A stretch of 64,000 nucleotides of DNA from Macrostomum lignano (Eukaryota), in assembly GCA_002269645.1 (NCBI GenBank), contig NIVC01000118.1, positions 124,001-188,000 on the forward strand. Direction: 5' to 3'. How positions within the stretch are numbered: position 1 is the first letter of the stretch; every line of letters starts with the position of its first letter. The notes under the pieces were generated by a model. That model was given only the letters and a program-made list of their open reading frames with translations. It had not been told where the DNA came from and searched no databases. Below, piece by piece: positions 46,001 to 57,500 of this stretch. Both the position numbers and the translations under genes were made by a program.

Positions 46001-48393
46001 ATCATTTTGCGGTCTGAAGTGGGGTCGGGATTGGCGCTCATTGGGACGGCGCTGGTTGGGATTGGCGCTCATTGGGACGGCGCTGGTTGGGTGGCGCTGG
46101 TTGGGACGGCGCTGGTTGGGTGGCGCTGGTTGGGGTGGCGCTGGTTGGGGTGGCGCTGGTTGGGGTGGCGCTGGTTGGGATTGGCGCTGGTTGGGGTGGC
46201 GCTGGTTGGGGTGGCGCTGGTTGGGATTGGCGCTGGTTGGGGTGGCGCTGGTTGGGGTGGCGCTGGTTGGGATTGGCGCTCATTGGGACGGCGCTGGCTG
46301 GGTGGCGCTGGTTGGGGTGGCGCTGGTTGGGATTGGCGCTGGTTGGGATTGGCGCTGGTTGGGATTGGCGCTGGTTGGGGTGGCGCTGGTTGGGATGAGC
46401 GCTGGTTGGGGTGGCGCTGGTTGGGATTGGCGCTGGTTGGGGTGGCGCTGGTTGGGATTGGCGCTCATTGGGACGGCGCTGGTTGGGTGGCGCTGGTTGG
46501 GGTGGCGCTGGTTGGGGTTGGCGCTCATTGGGACGGCGCTGGTTGGGATTGGCGCTCATTGGGACGGCGCTGGTTGGGTGGCGCTGGTTGGGACGGCGCT
46601 GGTTGGGTGGCGCTGGTTGGGGTGGCGCTGGTTGGGGTGGCGCTGGTTGGGGTGGCGCTGGTTGGGATTGGCGCTCATTGGGACGGCGCTGGTTGGGTGG
46701 CGCTGGTTGGGGTGGCGCTGGTTGGGGTGGCGCTGGTTGGGATTGGCGCTGGTTGGGGTGGCGCTGGTTGGGGTGGCGCTGGTTGGGATTGGCGCTGGTT
46801 GGGGTGGCGCTGGTTGGGGTGGCGCTGGTTGGGATTGGCGCTGGTTGGGGTGGCGCTGGTTGGGGTGGCGCTGGTTGGGATTGGCGCTGGTTGGGACGGA
46901 GCTGGCTGGGTGGCGCTGGTTGGGATTGGCGCTCATTGGGATTGGCGCTGGTTGGGGTGGCGCTGGTTGGGATTGGCGCTGGTTGGGGTGGCGCTGGTTG
47001 GGATGAGCGCTGGTTGGGGTGGCGCTGGTTGGGATTGGCGCTGATTGGGATTGGCGCTGGTTGGGGTGGCGCTGGTTGGGGTGGCGCTGGTTGGCAATAT
47101 AAGTCGCCAACTGATAGACCACAAGTATCGCTGACCACAAGTTAAGCTGAGTTAGCCGCGGTTAGTACGCTAGGATTAATTGGACCAATCGCTAGGTGAG
47201 ATGCAATAAGATTCACCCTACTGTGAGCAGCTCTGAAACACACTGTAGGCAGGTGCATCCAGCTCTTACCTTGATCTTCGAATATCTCGGGTTCTTCAAT
47301 GTATTCAGTGGACACTTTGCCTTCCTCCACCAGCTTGGATGTGTCGATAATCTCAGTTTGTCGAGACAGCGCGCTCTTCACCATGGCATCGGCGCCTGGA
47401 GCCGGGGGGGAGGCAGGGAACAATGTCATTAGTTACTGTCAGTAAAAATAATCGAATGCACTTAAGGGATAAATTAATCAGGGAAGTCTTCACTCACCCC
47501 TGGCGAGTGCGCTGGTATTCTCCAGACCTGTAATATTGCATTATAGTTTGAGCTGGTTAGTAATTACATATTTAAAGTTTGCTGCATTTCTACTAGTAGT
47601 AGTACACAACGTTCAAATAATCCGACGAAAATTTCGACCATAAAGTCCTAATTTCTATTTTTTCTTATTAAGACTTATAGTGCATCCATATAAACATCTA
47701 TTAGTCCGATTTTTAATTTACTGGTTGGTTCAAGCGACCCGTTGCACAGAGCAGCACTGAGCAGTTCAGCTTGAGTGACACCTGAGCACACACAAGCACG
47801 CCAATACTGTACACAAGCACGCACTCGTACACTCTAGGCGCTCTGGAGGTTGGCCCTCAATGACTGTGAGTCGCACCAGGGCGAGAGTCAGACGTCACTT
47901 CCTGTGCAACACCGCAGCACCAGCTGTTCGTGACAGAAGCATCATCCGCGCTGCCGGCGACTGGGATTCGGTCTAACTTGGTCTCACAGCGCAGATGCAC
48001 TATTTTATTGTTGCGCGCTGTTGCATCATTAAAAAACTCCCCAGCTCACTCACTGTTTATTTCGGTCAAATCCGAGACGATCTCGTAGTCGCCCGAGCTG
48101 CCGCTGCTGACGTCGCTGCGGTCGGCCGCCCACCTGCTGCCCCTCCGGCTGTTGTTGGTTTGCGTCGCGTCCGACGTTGAAGCATCGAATGCGACTCGAC
48201 GAGCGACTTTGCTTTTATGACTGGCTGGTAAAGTCGAGTCTATCCGAGTGACAGCTCGAGCAATCGAGCCGAACGTGGATGCGTCAGCGTCCGATTCGGC
48301 TTCCGGGCTGGGCGAGTTCATCCAAAGGCATCCGGAAACGCTTGAGCTCTTCGATGCAGCCGCTGCGGCACTGTGGCTGCGTTTTTGGAACAT
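43030..48393 (-). CDS. Uncharacterised ~497-aa Lys-rich protein with a possible Raf-type RBD/ubiquitin-like domain; exons 48393-48054, 47395-47270, 46013-45598, 44644-44383, 43379-43030
   Basis: Phases match across four GT-AG introns (total 1494 nt). IAVYARPWATVRDIIDPVFARIGL resembles RBD patterns; the domain call is tentative and the exon 4 acceptor could differ. Confidence 0.7.
43393..44310. repeat. Two-phase minisatellite: 29-bp unit (caggtatgtatgagtatgagttactaaaa) changing to 23-bp unit (caggtgtgcacgagttaccaaaa)
   Basis: Transition visible near 43740. Confidence 0.95.
44795..45590. repeat. 24-bp minisatellite (cccaaccgaatctatacatcaact), intronic
   Basis: About 33 units; gives the MYRFGWEL ORFs. 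Confidence 0.95.
46028..47095. repeat. ~15-bp minisatellite (ggcgctggttggggt / ggattggcgctcattgggac variants), intronic
   Basis: Tandem units are directly visible. Confidence 0.96.
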
Positions 48394-49017
48394 TAAAACA
48401 CGCACAGGTAATCCTGCATTAACTTATTCGGAGATATTAGTTGAAGGGCCACGTCTTTCATTGGCATGGACCTAGGCTCAGCGATCTGTATTTAGTTCAG
48501 ATAGGTCCCCAATTTAAAGCCTCACCTCTCATTTTTGTTATTGTTTGTTATTGTTTGTTATTAGTCCAATCGCAGTGTTGGCTGGATCACGCGATCGATT
48601 GCTTCGCCATCAAACGCAGGCGGTGCGTCTTGTTGTTGCTGTTGTTGGTTATCAGTTTTGCCTGGTAGACTCAACCAAAGCGCATTGTTAGCGCCTCCGT
48701 ACTTTGATGTCGCCGCGGCAGTGCAGCTGTATTGGAGTAGTTTTTAAAACAAGTAATGACATGGTGTTACTAAGGCTTAAGCATGACAAAAAAACTCAAA
48801 GATCTACTTACCTTTTCATTGAGCGCATTTTCAAAGGTCAACCTCTGCTTTGAGCTGAGTAAAATCGATTGATGCGTCTGCTCGATGCGAGTTCTATTGA
48901 TATTTCGTATGGAGAGGACAGTGAACAAGAAATCGAAGCTCGATTGTTTTTAGGCCATAAACTATGCCTAAATCCCTGCGCTAAAGGATATCGGTGCCTG
49001 AAATAAAAGTGCATAAA

Positions 49018-49770
49018 AGTTTGACTGATTTTGATTGATCTTTGTTTCAGTTTGACTGACTTTGATTGATCTTTGTCTCAGTTTGTCTGGCTTTGATTGA
49101 TCTTTGACTCAGCTTGACTGACTTTGATTGATCTTTGATTCAGCTTGACTGACTTTGATTGATCTTTGACTCAGCTTGACTGACTTTGATTGATCTTTGT
49201 CTCAGTTTGACTGACTTTGATTGATCTTTGACTCAGCTTGACTGACTTTGATTGATCTTTGATTCAGTTTGCCTGACTTTGATTGACCTTTGTCTCAGTT
49301 TGACTGGCTTTGATTGATCTTTGACTCAGCTTGACTGACTTTGATTGATCTTTGACTCAGCTTGACTGACTTTGATTGATCTTTGACTCAGTTTGACTGA
49401 TTATGATTGGTCTTTGTCTCAGTTTGCCTGAATTTGATTGATCTTTGACTCAGCTTGCCTGAATTTGATTGATCTTTGTCTCAGTTTGACTGACTTTGAT
49501 TGATCTTTGTCTCAGTTTGACTGACTTTGATTGATCTTTGACTCAGTTTGACTGACTTTGACTGATCTTTGTCTCAGTTTGACTGGCTTTTATTGATCTT
49601 TGACTCAGCTTGACTGACTTTGACTGATCTTTGACTCAGTTTGACTGGCTTTTATTGATCTTTGACTCAGATTGACTGACTTTGATTGATCTTTGACTCA
49701 GCTTGACTGACTTTGATTGATCTTTGTCTCAGTTTGACTGACTTTGATTGATCTTTGGCTCAGTTTGACT
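49018..49770. repeat. 31-bp minisatellite (tttgactcagcttgactgactttgattgatc)
   Basis: About 24 units. Confidence 0.95.
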
Positions 49771-50454
49771 TGACTGACATTGATTTTGTAGGGTTGCATC
49801 CTACAAAAAGACAAAGAATACATAGAGACGATGCAAAAAATCATCAAAAATCACAGCAAAGGAAGTGTGACAGACAGCCCATAAGCCAGTGCCAGTTATG
49901 TACCACAGTTTTAATATTTTTTGCGAGCACAACATGCGACCTATACCACCTGTTCATTTCGAAACCATAAGCTTCCATAAGCGGTGCTCTTATTTGGGAA
50001 GCGAGATTAGAGAAATTCCTTCTGTCCAACTAGCTTAATTTTGTAACTCTACTATTATAGTATAAAGCTAGTTGCATGGTTGGAGAGGGATTCAAGACCC
50101 ACTAAGCTTGAGTGAGTGAGCTGAATGATATAACTCCCTGCTGCCTGACTATCTATTGAGTATAGATCCTGCACCCGCGCTCATGACTGCGAGCGCTTTG
50201 TGTTTTAGCTGAGTAGGATAGAAGGGGGGTGCGGGAAAACAGCTGTGATCACACAATCAGCCCAGCTCTAGGGGTTGGGTGTGTGTGTGAGAGAGAGAGA
50301 GAGTGCCGGACCTCTTTCACAGTTCCTTGAGCAGCCGACCTCAAAGTCACCCCTAAGCTTCACCCGCGCACGCACGTTCAGTGCACCTTCCATGCGCCCC
50401 CCCCCCCCTGAATGCTTCAGAATAAGAAACCGATGGTCCTGATTCACACCCATG

Positions 50455-50600
50455 ATCGGGCCGGCCCCCTGTGTGAGCGTGTGTACGAGTGCTTGTATTG
50501 TACCAAGCTTATATGTGCTCAGAAGTCACCGGAATGAACAGAATTGCCTCAACGCCGATTGTGTGGGGCGCCATTGCGCCATTGTGCCAGCAGCCCTCCT
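50455..50600 (+). mobile_element. Diverged 3' half of a SINE related to the 30109 family
   Basis: cctgtgtgagcgtgtgtacgagtgcttgt...ctcagaagtcaccggaatgaacagaattgcctcaacgccgattgtgtg parallels the SINE tail. Confidence 0.55.
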
Positions 50601-50667
50601 GCGAATATTTTTTGCTTCTGACCAAACAGGCTGTATTTGGAAGTATCCATGGGAGACACAGAATCTT

Positions 50668-52125
50668 CAAGAGACAGGGGTGCCCACCAAGAGACAGGGG
50701 CACCCACCAAGGAGACAGGGGCGCTAACCAAGAGACAGGGGCGCCCACCAAGAGACAGGGGCGCTAACCAAAGAGACAGGGCCGCCCACCAAGAAACAGG
50801 GGCGCTAACCAAAGAGACAGGGGCGCCAACCAAGAGACAGGGGCGCGCACCAAGAGACAGGGCCGCCCACCAAGACACAGGGGCGCTCACCAAGACACAG
50901 GGCCGCCCACCAAGAGACAGGGGCGCCCACCAAGACACAGTGGCGCGCACCAAGAGACAGGGGCGCGCACCAAGAGACAGGGGCGCGCACCAAGAGACAG
51001 GGCCGCCCACCAAGACACAGGGGCGCTCACCAAGAGACAGGGCCGCCCACCAAGAGACAGGGCGCCCACCAAGACACAGTGGCGCGCACCAAGAGACAGG
51101 GGCGCGCACCAAGAGACAGGGCCGCTAACCAAAAAGACAGGGGCGCCAACCAAAGAGACAGGGGCGCTAAGCAAGGAGACAGGGGCGCGCACCAAGAGAC
51201 AGGGGCGCGCACCAAGAGACAGGGCCGCCCACCAAGACACAGGGGCGCTAACCAAAGAGACAGGGGCGCCAACCAAGAGACAGGGGCGCGCACCAAGAGA
51301 CAGGGGCGCTAACCAAAGAGACAGGGGCGCCAACCAAGAGACAGGGGCGCGCACCAAGAGACAGGGCCGCCCACCAAGACACAGGGGCGCTAACCAAAGA
51401 GACAGGGGCGCCAACCAAGAGACAGGGGCGCGCACCAAGAGACAGGGCCGCCCACCAAGACACAGGGGCGCTCACCAAGAGACAGGGGCGCGCACCAAGA
51501 GACAGGGGCGCTAACCAAAGAGACAGGGGCGCCAACCAAGAGACAGGGGCGCGCACCAAGAGACAGGGCCGCCCACCAAGACACAGGGGCGCTAACCAAA
51601 GAGACAGGGGCGCCAACCAAGAGACAGGGGCGCGCACCAAGAGACAGGGCCGCCCACCAAGACACAGGGGCGCTCACCAAGAGACAGGGGCGCCCACCAA
51701 GAGACAGGGGCGCCAACCAAAGAGACAGGGGCGCGCACCAAGAGACAGGGGCGCGCACCAAGAGACAGGGGCGCCAACCAAAGAGACAGGGGCGCGCACC
51801 AAGAGACAGGGCCGCCCACCAAGAAACAGGGGCGCTAACCAAAGAGACAGGGGCGCCAACCAAAGAGACAGGGGCGCGCACCAAGAGACAGGGCCGCCCA
51901 CCAAGACACAGGGGCGCTCACCAAGAGACTGGGGCGCCCACCAAGAGACAGGGGCGCCAACCAAAGAGACAGGGGCGCGCACCAAGAGACAGGGGCGCGC
52001 ACCAAGAGACAGGGGCGCCAACCAAAGAGACAGGGGCGCCCACCAAGAGACAGGGGCGCCCACCAAGAGACAGGGGCGCGCACCAAGAGACAGGGGCGCT
52101 AACCAAAGAGACAGGGGCGCCCACC
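50668..52125 (+). repeat. 20-21-bp minisatellite of the caccaagagacaggggcgcc family, more diverged than the 6012 array
   Basis: Same consensus with gcgcacc, gccgccc and gctaacc variants. Confidence 0.95.
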
Positions 52126-52764
52126 TGGAGACCGGGGGTCAACCAAGACACGCCCTCCAATTAAGAGTCTTGCGTCAAGACGCCACTGGACCAGACTGCG
52201 ATAGCTTCCCACAAGTCCTAACAACACGAGTCTTTTTTGGACCGGTAGATCGAGTTGGCACTCTTCCAGATTCTATGCATTTCGTTCTCCCTGATCTGAC
52301 AGCTCAAGCGCTTTCAATCGCAAACTACGAGGCGCGGCATTGCAACAGGCGCCAAGAATAACCCCCCCCCGCCTCCATGGTCGGAATACTGGCGCAAGCG
52401 CAAGAAACCAGTAGCTACTGCGCAGGTTGGGAATTTGTAAAATTGTCAGCCAATAAGAATAATTATAGAATATGGAACTATGCGAGTTTCTGCGTATGAG
52501 TGGAGCAGCAGTCTATAATATAAGGCTTTCGATCTTGCTCTGCGCTGCAGACAGAAGATTTACAGATTTAGTGGAAATTTAAAACCAACGACGACTAACG
52601 AAAATTGGTTAACTATTTTAAGCAATCGGCTACTAAATAAGGTGAGCACAGCTGGAGTACTGATGATACTTTATAAATCATTTATGGTTTGTGGAACTGT
52701 GTTTTAATTCTGGAGTCCTAATAAATTTGCTAAAAAATCTTTCGAGATTAAAATGGAGCTTATG

Positions 52765-52848
<84 letters not shown>

Positions 52849-52869
52849 GCAGACAGACAGACAGACTGG

Positions 52870-52931
<62 letters not shown>

Positions 52932-52965
52932 GCAGACAGACAGACAGACAGACAGACAGACACTA

Positions 52966-53037
<72 letters not shown>

Positions 53038-53061
53038 TGGCAGACAGACAGACAGACAGAA

Positions 53062-53097
<36 letters not shown>

Positions 53098-53115
53098 GGA
53101 CAGACAGACAGACAC

Positions 53116-53197
<82 letters not shown>

Positions 53198-53241
53198 TGG
53201 CAGACAGACAGACAGACAGACACTAAGACAGACAGACTGGC

Positions 53242-53274
<33 letters not shown>

Positions 53275-53277
53275 CTA

Positions 53278-53337
<60 letters not shown>

Positions 53338-53373
53338 TGGCAGACAGACAGACAGACAGACAGACAGACACTA

Positions 53374-53438
<65 letters not shown>

Positions 53439-53450
53439 CTAAGACACTAA
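52765..53450. repeat. (GACA)n tetranucleotide microsatellite, ~690 bp, with recurrent gactgg and cactaa interruptions
   Basis: Directly visible. Confidence 0.98.
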
Positions 53451-54114
53451 GACGATAGGGAGAATCTTTGCATTCAGAAAGCTCCCAAAAAATGTCGACT
53501 CGGCCTGAGGGCTGCCTTAGACAGCTCAGAACAGTCGCTGTCAAAGCCAGAGTGTGGGGTTCGTTAGTCCGGTTGCCTCCCCTTGCCCCTGCCCCCGCCC
53601 CCAGTGAAAACAGTCGTGGCCTGAGCAGCTGAGCACACATTTCAATAGTGGGACTCAAAAGTAACAGGAGCGGCCCATGGAGGTGACTCAAACGAGATTG
53701 GGCAGACAAAGACGGGTGAATTTCTTCTATGATAATTGGAACACTTAGAAACTAAATTAGATTCAGAAGCACGAATTGACTAAGGAATTTTTTGTTTTAA
53801 TAATGCAATTAACCTGTCTATCGAATCCATGGGTTGGCTGTGCCGATCAGTTTTATGCTGGTTATATCAATGCCTGTGATCAGTGGCTGATCTTGTCATC
53901 TTAAGCCTCTTAAATCTTCTTGCAAGCTTCAACGAAGCCACTTATCTGTTTTTCATTTCTTTCTGTTTTGTAACCGTTGCCTGTCCGAAATCTTCTGATT
54001 TATATGAAGCATGAAAGATGATATTGACATTCAGGCTGAACCTCTTAATATGGAGATTTACTCGTATGATAACAAATATTACAGTAATTAACTGCAGAAT
54101 TCTGATTCTGTTGT

Positions 54115-54400
54115 CAGGCGTGATGACTAGATAATCTCAGGTGTGATGACTAGATAAACTCAGATGCGATGACTAGATAAACTCAGGTGTGATGACTGAT
54201 AAACTCAGGTGTGATGACTAGATAAACTTAGGTGCGATGACTGATAAACTCAGGTGTGATGACTAGATAATATCAGGTGTGATGACTGATAATCTCAGAT
54301 GCGATGACTAGATAATATCAGGTGTGATGACTAGATAATATCAGGTGTGATGACTGATAAACTCAGGTGTGATGATGACTAGATAATCTCAGGTGTGATG
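54115..54400. repeat. 22-25-bp minisatellite (gataaactcaggtgtgatgact[a])
   Basis: About 12 units upstream of the protocadherin. Confidence 0.9.
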
Positions 54401-54552
54401 AGCACAATGTTGTCCAGATAGCTCAGAAAAAAATCATTTAATCTTTAGATGTTTAGATGTAAAAAAGTTTATAAATAAGCCACATCTGATATTGTTTGAC
54501 ACTTAAAGAATAATCATGATGAACTAATTGACTAATCTTCATCAGATCTGAC

Positions 54553-57500
54553 ATGCCGCACCTGTGCCGGCTAGCAGCTCTGTTCCTAGCGATGGCTGTG
54601 GTCTCTGCCAGCCAGCCAAAGCAATCAGACATTCAATTTTACGCAATGGAGGACGACAAAAAATCGGTCCATTTTGGTTTGCTACGCGACAAGCTGCCCA
54701 AAAGCTTAGCCGATAAATTTTAGGATGACTGGAGTGACGTAACGTACCAGATAGCGCAGGCTGATGAGATTGTCCGGGTGGACTCCGGCGGAAATTTGAC
54801 TTCTATCGGACCTTTAATCCGCGAGAAAGCCTGCAGTTCTTACAGCAATCCAAACTGTGACGAGGAGACAGCCAAGGACGTCTGCCAGATCAAGACCGAG
54901 GTGTTCATGAGCAACTCCAGGGAGCAGAGGGTCCCCAAGCTTGTCGACGTGATAATCCAGGTGGACGATCAGAACAACTCGCCGCCGAACTTCGGTCCGT
55001 ACCAGGAGGTGGAAGTGCAGGAGAGCGCTGAACACGGAGCAAAGCTCAGCCTGCCGAAGGCGGAGGACGCCGATAAGAGAGGCTTCGCCAGCTGCCACCT
55101 GAGCTACCGTCTGGAGTCGTGCACTCCGGGCAAGCCGGCCGACCCGACTTTTGCTCTCGAACTGCAAAACAACAGCAACGGCGGGCCCAGGGACGTGTAT
55201 CTCAAGCTGTTGGACGGACTTGACCGGGAAAAGATCGAGCAGTACGCCTACTGTTTGATTGCCTCGGACGGGCGTCACACTGCCAGCCTCACCGTCAGCG
55301 TCCGCGTCATTGACGTCAACGACAATGCGCCTAAGTGGAGCCCCAACCAGAAATTTAACGTCAGCGTGTCGGAGACCAATCCGCCGAATCCGCTGTTGCG
55401 TTTGAATGCCACCGACGCTGACTCGAAGTACGGCCAGGTGCACTACACGTTAGTGTCGGATAAAAACAACCTCTTCAGCCTCACCAGACGCGGCAGTTTG
55501 ACGCTGAAGAACCCCAGGGAGTTAGACTATGATCAGCAGATTAAGGAGCATCGCGTTGTGGTCGCGGCAGTGGACAACGGAAAGCCGCCAAAGTCCGCAA
55601 CGGCCACTGTGACGATCATTGTTTTAGACGAGAATGACAACCCGCCTCAGATTAAAATCAGAAATCATCACGTGTCCATCACTGAGAACAATAAAGTACC
55701 ACTTCACATTCTCAACATTATAGCCAGTGATTTAGACACCGGCGCTGGAGGCATTGTTACCTGCTCGCTGCAGCCGGACGGGTTTAACCCGCCCAGGTTT
55801 TTACTGACCAGCAGTTCGGCTCCGTCATCGCCGGTGTCCTACGAATTGAATGCAACCTACTCGCTAGACAGAGAAGAACGCAGTAGATACGTGGTGGGGA
55901 TTCAATGCTACGACGGTGGAACTCCGCAGAAAACAAGCACACAGAAAGTTTACATTGCAGTGCTGGATCAGAATGACAATGCGCCCAAGTTTGAGGTGAC
56001 GCCAATCGACTTTAGCATTTCAGAGGACACGAAAGAGTCGTCCCGAGTCTATAATGTAAGTGTTTATAAGCAAAACTGCAAACTGCATGAATGGGTCGCT
56101 TTTCACAGCTTTACGAGCTAAATTTATTTCGTTGAGGACAGTAAACTTGATATACTAATGAGCTCAGAACTTCACATTGTCCAAATCGTTTGAGTTGTGG
56201 GTTGGCAAAAATTACTTAGCAAGTCCTGGCTTGTAAAAGATTCTGTCATTCCAGAGCATAAAAATTTTAGGTTATTAAGCGCCCCTAACTAATTGAGGTG
56301 CAGTCAAGGACCACTAGAAGTTACCGTTGTACGTACATCGTACGTAACAGTCGTAAATATTGTAAAATATTTTGAAGGCCAGCTTTGCATTGCTCACAAC
56401 TCTGTATCTCAGTTGCACTCAAAATTACAACGGTAACTTCTTAGTGGTCCTTGGTTGCAACTTAGCCGTCTAGCGCGGCACTCTCGCTTGTATATGCTAG
56501 CGGCCCAGGCTCGATTCTAAGTGCAGTCGCCATAATATGGGGCTAAATTGTAATCTCAGCTTGTCTCTGCTCGTGCAATTAACGGCCTTCAAGGTTAAAT
56601 AAAGTTAGGGCCGCTGTACACTCCTGTGTGAGTGTGTGCCTGTGCGTATGACTGCGTACGTATCCGCGCGCTTGTGTGTCTGCTCTCAGGAGAGTCGGCG
56701 GAATGGGCAGTTGTGTAATGCCTGTCGCCGGTTGTGTGACAATGTCGCCTAAAGTGCACACAGCTCCCTGGCTATAAAAATGCACCAATTAAATAAACTT
56801 ATAACCCTAACCTCCGCAGTTCCGCATCCACGATCCTGATTACGACGGTCAGAACCGGGCCAATCGTCGTTTTGAAATCCGAGGCGACGGCGCATCGAAA
56901 TTCCAAGTTGACTACGACCGCAACAACAGCTATTCGCTCACTACTACGGATAAGTTTGATCGCGAGACCAAAGACACTTTCAGTTTTAGCCTTGTCGTCC
57001 AGGACATTGATGCAACTCATGATGGAGCCGTCATCCACCAGGCTGAGACCAACGTCTCCATTCGAATTCTCGACGCCAATGACTGCTATCCGAGGTTTCT
57101 GATTAATCTAAGTGATCCACAGGCAGTTGCTGGTTGCAGTTCACAAGGCTTGCCTGAATGGCTACCGCCAGTCACCGTGCTAGAAAATGCCACTATCGGC
57201 TCGATAGTGACAAAAGTCGCTGCCATTGACGGCGACTTGGGCCTGAACGGTACTGTGACGTACAGGCTGCGTGGCTCGCCGACCTTTCGTGTGGACGGCT
57301 CCGGTCAGGTGCTGCTCAACCGTCAACTTGACGCAGACATGCCGCATGGTCAAAGCTCGTTCACTCTGGAGCTGCTGGCGGTGGATAGCGGAACGGTGCG
57401 ACGGCTAACGGGCACAGCCAGCCTGATTGTCCGCTTGGCCGACGTAAACGACAACTTTCCAGAGTTTGTGCACACGCAGCCACTGAGGCTCAACGTCAGC

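Noticed and set aside
46007-47145. Gly/Trp-rich and Pro/Gln-rich ORFs
   Set aside because: Translations of the intronic 15-bp array.
52691-53371. RQTD and SVCL ORFs
   Set aside because: (GACA)n microsatellite.
54721-54723. Genome-wide TAG reassignment (variant genetic code)
   Set aside because: No other in-frame TAG occurs in the reconstructed exons, and the same gene appears to end with TAG at 61119-61121.
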